A model generated the notes under the pieces. The model did no database searches. It saw only the letters and a program-made list of their open reading frames with translations, and had not been told where the DNA came from. From a virus (Duplodnaviria > Caudoviricetes): a stretch of DNA of 64,000 nucleotides. The position numbers were made by a program, and so were the translations under genes. The stretch is from the IMG/VR virus record IMGVR_UViG_3300036940_000207, positions 5,749-69,748 of that record; one strand, given 5' to 3'. Below are positions 57,937 to 64,000 of this stretch, piece after piece. Every line of letters begins with the position of its first letter. The first letter of the stretch is position 1.

Positions 57937-59277
57937 ATGAAAGATTCAAATGTTAAAGTACAAGATTATGGGAAGGAATTTAGTGTTGGAATTTCAGTAT
58001 ATAATCAAGATTTTTATTGATTATCTAATAATGAAATATATGAATTTTACTTCATAGAAGATATATATTCATATTTAATAACTGGCAAATTAATTTTTTA
58101 TGATAGATATAGCATTTTTGAATTTGGATCTCTAGTTGGTGGAATACTTATCAATATTGTATTTGGAGTAGATAAAGATTTGACATTAACTTTTCAAGTA
58201 TATAAGTCAGATAGAATTATACCAGAAACTTCACATAGAAATGAAATGAGTGAGAATGTAATAGAACTTACTTTAGTAGAGTCTAATTTTCGTTATTTAG
58301 TACAACAAAAATATTCTAGAAGTTGAAGAAATAAAAATATAACGTCAATTGTATCTGATATATTAAAGAATATGGTATTTATAGAGTCAGAACAACAAAA
58401 TATTGTTGATCAAAGTAGTGAAAGTATTGATTTCTGTATGCCATATTGAACACCACAACAGTCAATAAACTGATTATTATTAAGAGCTTCTTCTAATAAT
58501 AAATGGGGTTATTGTTGTTATACAAAAACAAAAGCAGATCATAGAAGTTATGCTATTTTAGAAATTCAAACACTTGAAAATATGTTAAGTTCTGATAATA
58601 TTCTTAGTGATAAAAATGATGGAGTATATAGAATGGTTACTCCTGATTTATATAATTTTAACAGGATATTATCATATGAAGTTTCTGGTACAGATATGTT
58701 TTCTAATAAACAATTGAGAGGTGGTCACGTTCTAGGATATGATTTTAAAAGAAAAAAGTTAATAGATAAAAAATTTCAATATTCTCCTGGAAGTAATTAC
58801 TTTAATAAAGAAAGTGGTGAAGATGTAGTTGATAATTTCACTATGTTAGGTGATTGAACTTTATTAAGTGGAACAGAATATAGCTTATTTAATGATACTG
58901 ATGTCAATTCAGAAATAATTGGTGAAAATAATGAAACAATTATAAAAAATATTTATTTCAATGATTGAATAAAACGATATTGTATGCAAAATACAGTTAA
59001 TATTGTAGTTAGAGGCCATGAAGATAGAGAATTAGGAAAATTAATATGAATAGAATGACCATCTTCTAGTAAAGATGAAGTATATAATGCTAATATGAAT
59101 GGACTCTACTTAATTAAAAGTATAACACATCATTTTTCACCTAAAGGAAAACCAGCATATAAACAAAAAGTTGGTCTTATTAGAAATGCATATAATTATG
59201 ATGAAATATCTAAAAGACTTCTTTATCCATCAAATAAGATAAATACTACACAACCAACAGGAATAATAGTAACTTAA
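57937..59277 (+). CDS. Baseplate hub protein (gp27-like), code 4
   Basis: DFCMPYWTP; NGLYLIKSITHHF; precedes gp5. Confidence 0.65.
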
Positions 59278-59279
59278 TT

Positions 59280-60143
59280 ATGATAAAAAATCCATTAAGC
59301 TCATTACAACCAGAATCAAATAAACTATTTGGTATATATAGGGGAGTTGTTGAAGATAACAGATCAGATCCTAGAAAAGCTGGAAGAATAAAGGTTAGGG
59401 TATTTGGTGTTCACACCAAAAAGAAAACTAAAAATAGTGAGGGAACAGAAGGAATTCCTACAGAAGAATTACCATGATGTGAGCCTGCCCTACCTATCTT
59501 TGAAGGTGGTGTATCAGGATTTGGTAGGTTTTCACATCCAGTAGAAGGCTCTCATGTTTTTGTGTTTTTTGAAGCGGGGAATCCTATGGAACCAAGACAT
59601 TTCGCTTCTGCACCAGGAATTCCAGAATCTGCACCTAGATATAATGAAAATGAAGGATTCAGTAATCCTAATATTCCTAATGTTGGTGATGATAGTGATG
59701 ATGTTGATATTACTGATGATATTATTGTAACATTGGATAGATATGAAACTAGTGATCAAGGTACTAAAGGTAATATTAGTATTAATGATTCATATTTCTG
59801 TAAATCTTTAGAATTACCTTGAAGAGATAATAACAATAACATATCTTGTATTCCTACAGGTACTTATGAAGTTTTCTTTAGACAATATCATTATAAACTT
59901 AAATCAGTCCCAGGAAGAACAGGTATATTAATACATTCTGGTAATTATGCAGGAGATAGTAGTGAGGGATATTTAACAAATTCACAAGGATGCATAATGT
60001 TTGGTCAAGAGTTTGGAACATTAAATAATCAACTAGCAGTATTAAATTCATCAAATACTGTTAATAAATTTGTATCAAAGTTAGAAAAAAAATCTTTTAA
60101 ATTTATAGTTACAAATAGTACAAGTACAGATATGTCTGTGTAA
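59280..60143 (+). CDS. gp5 N-terminal OB-fold fused to a DUF5675-like domain, code 4
   Basis: YRGVVEDNRSDP..GRIKVRV, LPW; then LELPWRDN, SCIPTGTY, ILIHSGN, SQGCI. Confidence 0.8.
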
Positions 60144-60153
60144 AGGATAAAAT

Positions 60154-61461
60154 ATGAGTTTATATAATGAACTTAATTTTTCTGGAGCAACTGTTTTTGA
60201 TTGAGACTTCTATCATAAAGAATATTTAAATTCACCTACTATTAGTTCTTCAGAAGGTGATAAACGTTTAATTGCATTTAATACGAGAGATAAACAATTA
60301 AAAATACTTCTTCCACCAAAGAAGTATTTAGATAGTTCCGGTATAAGTATTTCTTTTACTGCTTCTAGTGGTATATGTAAGTATAAAGCACAAATTGATA
60401 ATGTTCCTTCAATAAATACTCCAAATTATTCTGTGAATAATTTGCCTTTTAAACAAATTCAAGAATTGTCTTATGCAAAATGTATAGAATTTGATAGTCA
60501 AAGTAGTTCATGGAAAATAGCAAATTTAAAACCTTCTGAACCACATTGGTTGTGTATTGATATAGATCAAGGAACAGTAGGACGAATTAAAACTGATGTT
60601 TCTTTTAGATTATTAGAAGAAACAGCAAAGGAATACTTATTAGGTAGAAATGATCCAAGTGATTATGATGATTCAAGTGATTCAAGCGTTTATGAACCTC
60701 CAAAAATATGAAAATATGCTCCTGGTGAACCAGATTGGCATAGATTAGCAAGACATGAAAAAATAGAAGATACACCTATTGGGTACAGAAGATCTCATAA
60801 AGTTACTGATATAGATGTATCTTGATATTTTTTTGAATGAGATGAACCTGATCCTTACTATAATGCATTATATCCAGAAAATAAAGTTATGGGTACACAT
60901 AATGGGTTATTATATGAGATAGATGATACTCCAGATAATAGAAGATTTCATCGTTGACATCCATCAAATACATTTGAGGAAATATCTGAAGAGGGACATT
61001 TAAATAATAGAAATCATGGAGATAGATTCATATTAGTAGATGAAAATTTCTATAAATTAATAGAGAAAAATTTTTATGAAACAATAAGAAAATCATGTTT
61101 CAGACTTATAAAGAATAATAATTGATCTCACACAATAGGAAATGAATTAAATTGAGTTCAAAACAGTAAAATTACTTATATTGATTCTAATAGGAAAGAA
61201 GAAATTGGTGCAAATAATGATATCATTATTAATAAAGGTTCTTATGTAAAAGCATCAGAAACATATAATGTTCAATCAAAAGAAATAAATATGGATGCTG
61301 ACGTTATAAACCTTAATTGTGGAACATCATTATCTCCATTGGTTCCATCAAAAGAAGAGACATCATCTCAAGGGCCAGAAAGTCCAACAGGATCTGCTGT
61401 AGATTCAGAAAGTAGAGAAAGTGGTAATGTAGTTACACAACCCTGATGAACAACTATTTAA
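60154..61461 (+). CDS. Protein containing the gp5 C-terminal spike region, code 4
   Basis: YPENKV, EIDDTP..RFH.WHPS.TFEEI. Confidence 0.7.
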
Positions 61462-61488
61462 ATAAAACTAAGTAAAAATGGTGATACT

Positions 61489-61809
61489 ATGAAAGATATA
61501 GAAATTGTAGATATTTCAGAAACTAAAGAAGTTATTGTTAATGATAATTTTATTGTTGTATATGATAAAGAAAATAAAGAAGTGAGTGTCCATAGTAAAA
61601 TCAAATTAAATATTGATTTTTGCACTGATTTGTCATTAAATATAACTGGTGCATTAGATTTGAATGTAACTGATAACATAAATATTAGAACAAATAAAGA
61701 ATGTTTTATAGATTCTAAAATATTATGATTAAATTCTAAAAAAGAAAATTATTATGATGAAAATTTTAACAAACAAATTCTAGGAGTAAAAAATGCCAGG
61801 TGTAGTTAG
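61489..61809 (+). CDS. Small baseplate-spike-associated protein, code 4
   Basis: LNITGALDLNV repeats; between gp5 and PAAR. Confidence 0.5.
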
Positions 61810-62110
61810 AATAGATGATAATTGTTCAGGACATGGATGTTGACCTCCACGCCCATCCATAACAGGATCTCCTGACGTATTTGTTAATAATAAACAAGTA
61901 GAAAGATATAATGATGTTTTAGAAGAACATTGTTGTCGTAGAATTATAGAAATAGATGGTGAGATTCATATTCGAACATATTGTCATGATGGTTTACATC
62001 TTGGCATTAGAGATGTATTTGTAAATGAACTACCTATACAAGTAGGACAAGACCCTATTAGTTGTGGATCTGTTTGTGATGAATGTTCTGATAATGTTTT
62101 TGCGGAATAA
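61793..62110 (+). CDS. PAAR spike-tip protein (T4 gp5.4-like), code 4
   Basis: GHGCWPP, GSPDVFVN, CGS...SDNVF. Confidence 0.85.
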
Positions 62111-62125
62111 AAAAAGGAGTAAAGA

Positions 62126-64000
62126 ATGGCACAACAAGTTTTTGATGTACATAGTTCAAAATTAACATATGCTACACTTAAAAAAATGTTAGAAATTGTA
62201 GATGATTATTTAAGTATTAAGACTAACTTAACATATTATTTTCCAGGAATTCTGGTCAATAATGATGAATGAAGGAAATTGAAGAAAATTATTAAAACTT
62301 TCTTAGATCATAATATTAATTGGGGTGGTATTTCTCCTAATACTAGTAGTACCACACATGATTATTCCAATTTAAAACAAACAATTCATTTAAATAAAGA
62401 TGATGTAGCTCATCTTTATAATAGATTAATAGGTGAAGTTTCCTTTGCAGATGAAACAATTGTTGATTATTTATCAAGTGCTACCTGAACTAACATTATT
62501 AATAGAGTTATAAATATGATTACTTATGAATCATTATATACTTTACATAGACAAATTTTTAATGGTATTAGTAATAATGATTCTGAATATACAGAAAAGA
62601 CATCTGGACAATTATCATTATATGATAATTGTGAGATGCCATTACCAATTAATAAATATACTCCTGATAATGCTAATTATAATGCCTTTATACATCTTCT
62701 AGGTTCTGATAATTATTATTCTTATCTGCCTGTATATGATCTTGATTGAGTATCAAGAAATGTATTTAAAAGATTAATATATAAAACAAATAAAGTTACT
62801 ATAGATTCTTCTCCATATACACATAATACTCCTATAGGTGCAATATTATGAGCAAGAAAATCTGATGGTACATTTTTAACTACTATAACATATGATGATG
62901 AAGATACAGTCAATATTGATGGAGTAGAAAGTGGAACAGAATTAAGAATATTAGAATTGTATAGTGAAGGTGAAGAGGAAGAAGTGGAAAGACCATTAAA
63001 ACCAAGTATTTTACATCCAGAAAATGAAGATACTGTTTTTAATAAATTTGATATTTTAACAACTTCCTTGAAGATATCAGGTGGATTATTTGATTACCAT
63101 TCATGAACAACTTGGCAATTATCAGATTCTTCTGATTTTTCAAACATATTATGAGAATCATATAGAAATAGAGAGAGTAAGACTTCTATTTCGTTATCTA
63201 TAAGTCCTTCAGGATATATATCTTGTGAAACAGAAAGTTCATCTGGTCAATTAGCAACCAATGATACTATATACTGTAGAGCTAAACATAAGGGTGGTAT
63301 ATATGGTGAATCAAATTTTAGTGCTCCAATTCATTTTTATACTCCTTCATCATGAACCTGTGAAAGAGGTTTAGTAGATTATGGTGGTATAATAGTTGGT
63401 GAAATTAATGATTATTGTTTAGTCATGGGAAAGTTTGATTCTGAACCAACTACTACAAATAATTTCTATATACATTCATCTGAATCAGAACAATTATCGG
63501 AAACAATATCAAGTTCAGGTGATATGTCATATAGAGAAGATCAAGATATATATTATGCTAATGTAACTGGTAGTAATACTGATATGAATGATTGATTAGA
63601 AATCAAACCCCAACCAGAAAGCAATTATGATATGTTTGTGGATTCAGAATCTGAAATGTTAAGTTTAGAAGTAAGTGGTGGTAACATTGCTATTAGAACT
63701 GATGAATATAAATGTTATGTTAATTTAGTAGGAAGTAATGAATCTATGAATGATTGAATGGAATTAGATACTCCTGCAAAAATTTGATGATTAGCTAAAC
63801 AATATTGTTTGAATCTAGAATATCAATCGTATAATGATTGATATTTACCATTAGCATCTGAATTGAATATGATGCAGAATAATATGTTAGAATTAAATTC
63901 TCTAGATGATACAGGAGAATTTAGAACAGAAAAATATTGATCTTCTAGTGTTGATGTTATGGATGAAAAATATTATGCATGAGTAGAAGATTTCAGTGAT
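62126..64000 (+). CDS. Large virion protein with DUF1566/Lcl-like lectin domain, truncated by window end, code 4
   Basis: Open to 64000; AKQYCLNL....DWYLP..ELN...YWSSS...AW. Confidence 0.7.

Noticed and set aside
1-64000. tRNA genes, especially tRNA-Trp(UCA), and a release factor gene
   Set aside because: I found no cloverleaf or T-arm consensus and no RF-like ORF by eye; they may lie outside the window. tRNAscan-SE is needed to be sure.
14595-64000. TGA as Gly (code 25) or selenocysteine
   Set aside because: TGA aligns with conserved Trp positions and swaps with TGG in internal duplications.

Overview
AT-rich segment of a large T4-like (contractile-tailed) phage genome. It is not in the standard genetic code: TGA is read as Trp (code 4) in late genes, so the supplied ORF track shows most real genes as fragments. 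Read in code 4, 14.6-64 kb is an intact T4-type morphogenesis module: gp4, gp2, portal, protease, scaffold, major capsid, terminases, neck, sheath, tube, baseplate, tape measure, gp5 and PAAR. Three blocks behind TTGACA-type (sigma70-like) early promoters use almost only TGG for Trp; one of them encodes a tryptophanyl-tRNA synthetase and a Pth2 peptidyl-tRNA hydrolase. Other main observations: (1) a complete diversity-generating retroelement (target 22054-23427, VR 23302-23425, TR 23510-23633, RT 23751-24821) with no Avd gene in the cassette and a TGA-dependent RT; (2) about 20 late genes sharing an N-terminal MRL..YLNE-like peptide resembling the T4 capsid-targeting sequence, carried by 2H, DHH, HD and HAD phosphohydrolases, a ferritin-like protein and five ADP-ribosyltransferase-like paralogs; (3) a covarying structured RNA leader with an anti-SD loop upstream of three putative homing endonucleases; (4) a PAS-GAF protein next to a holin-like gene. 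No tRNA, rRNA or CRISPR array was seen. Translations and counts were done by hand; family assignments rest on recognised motifs, not database searches.
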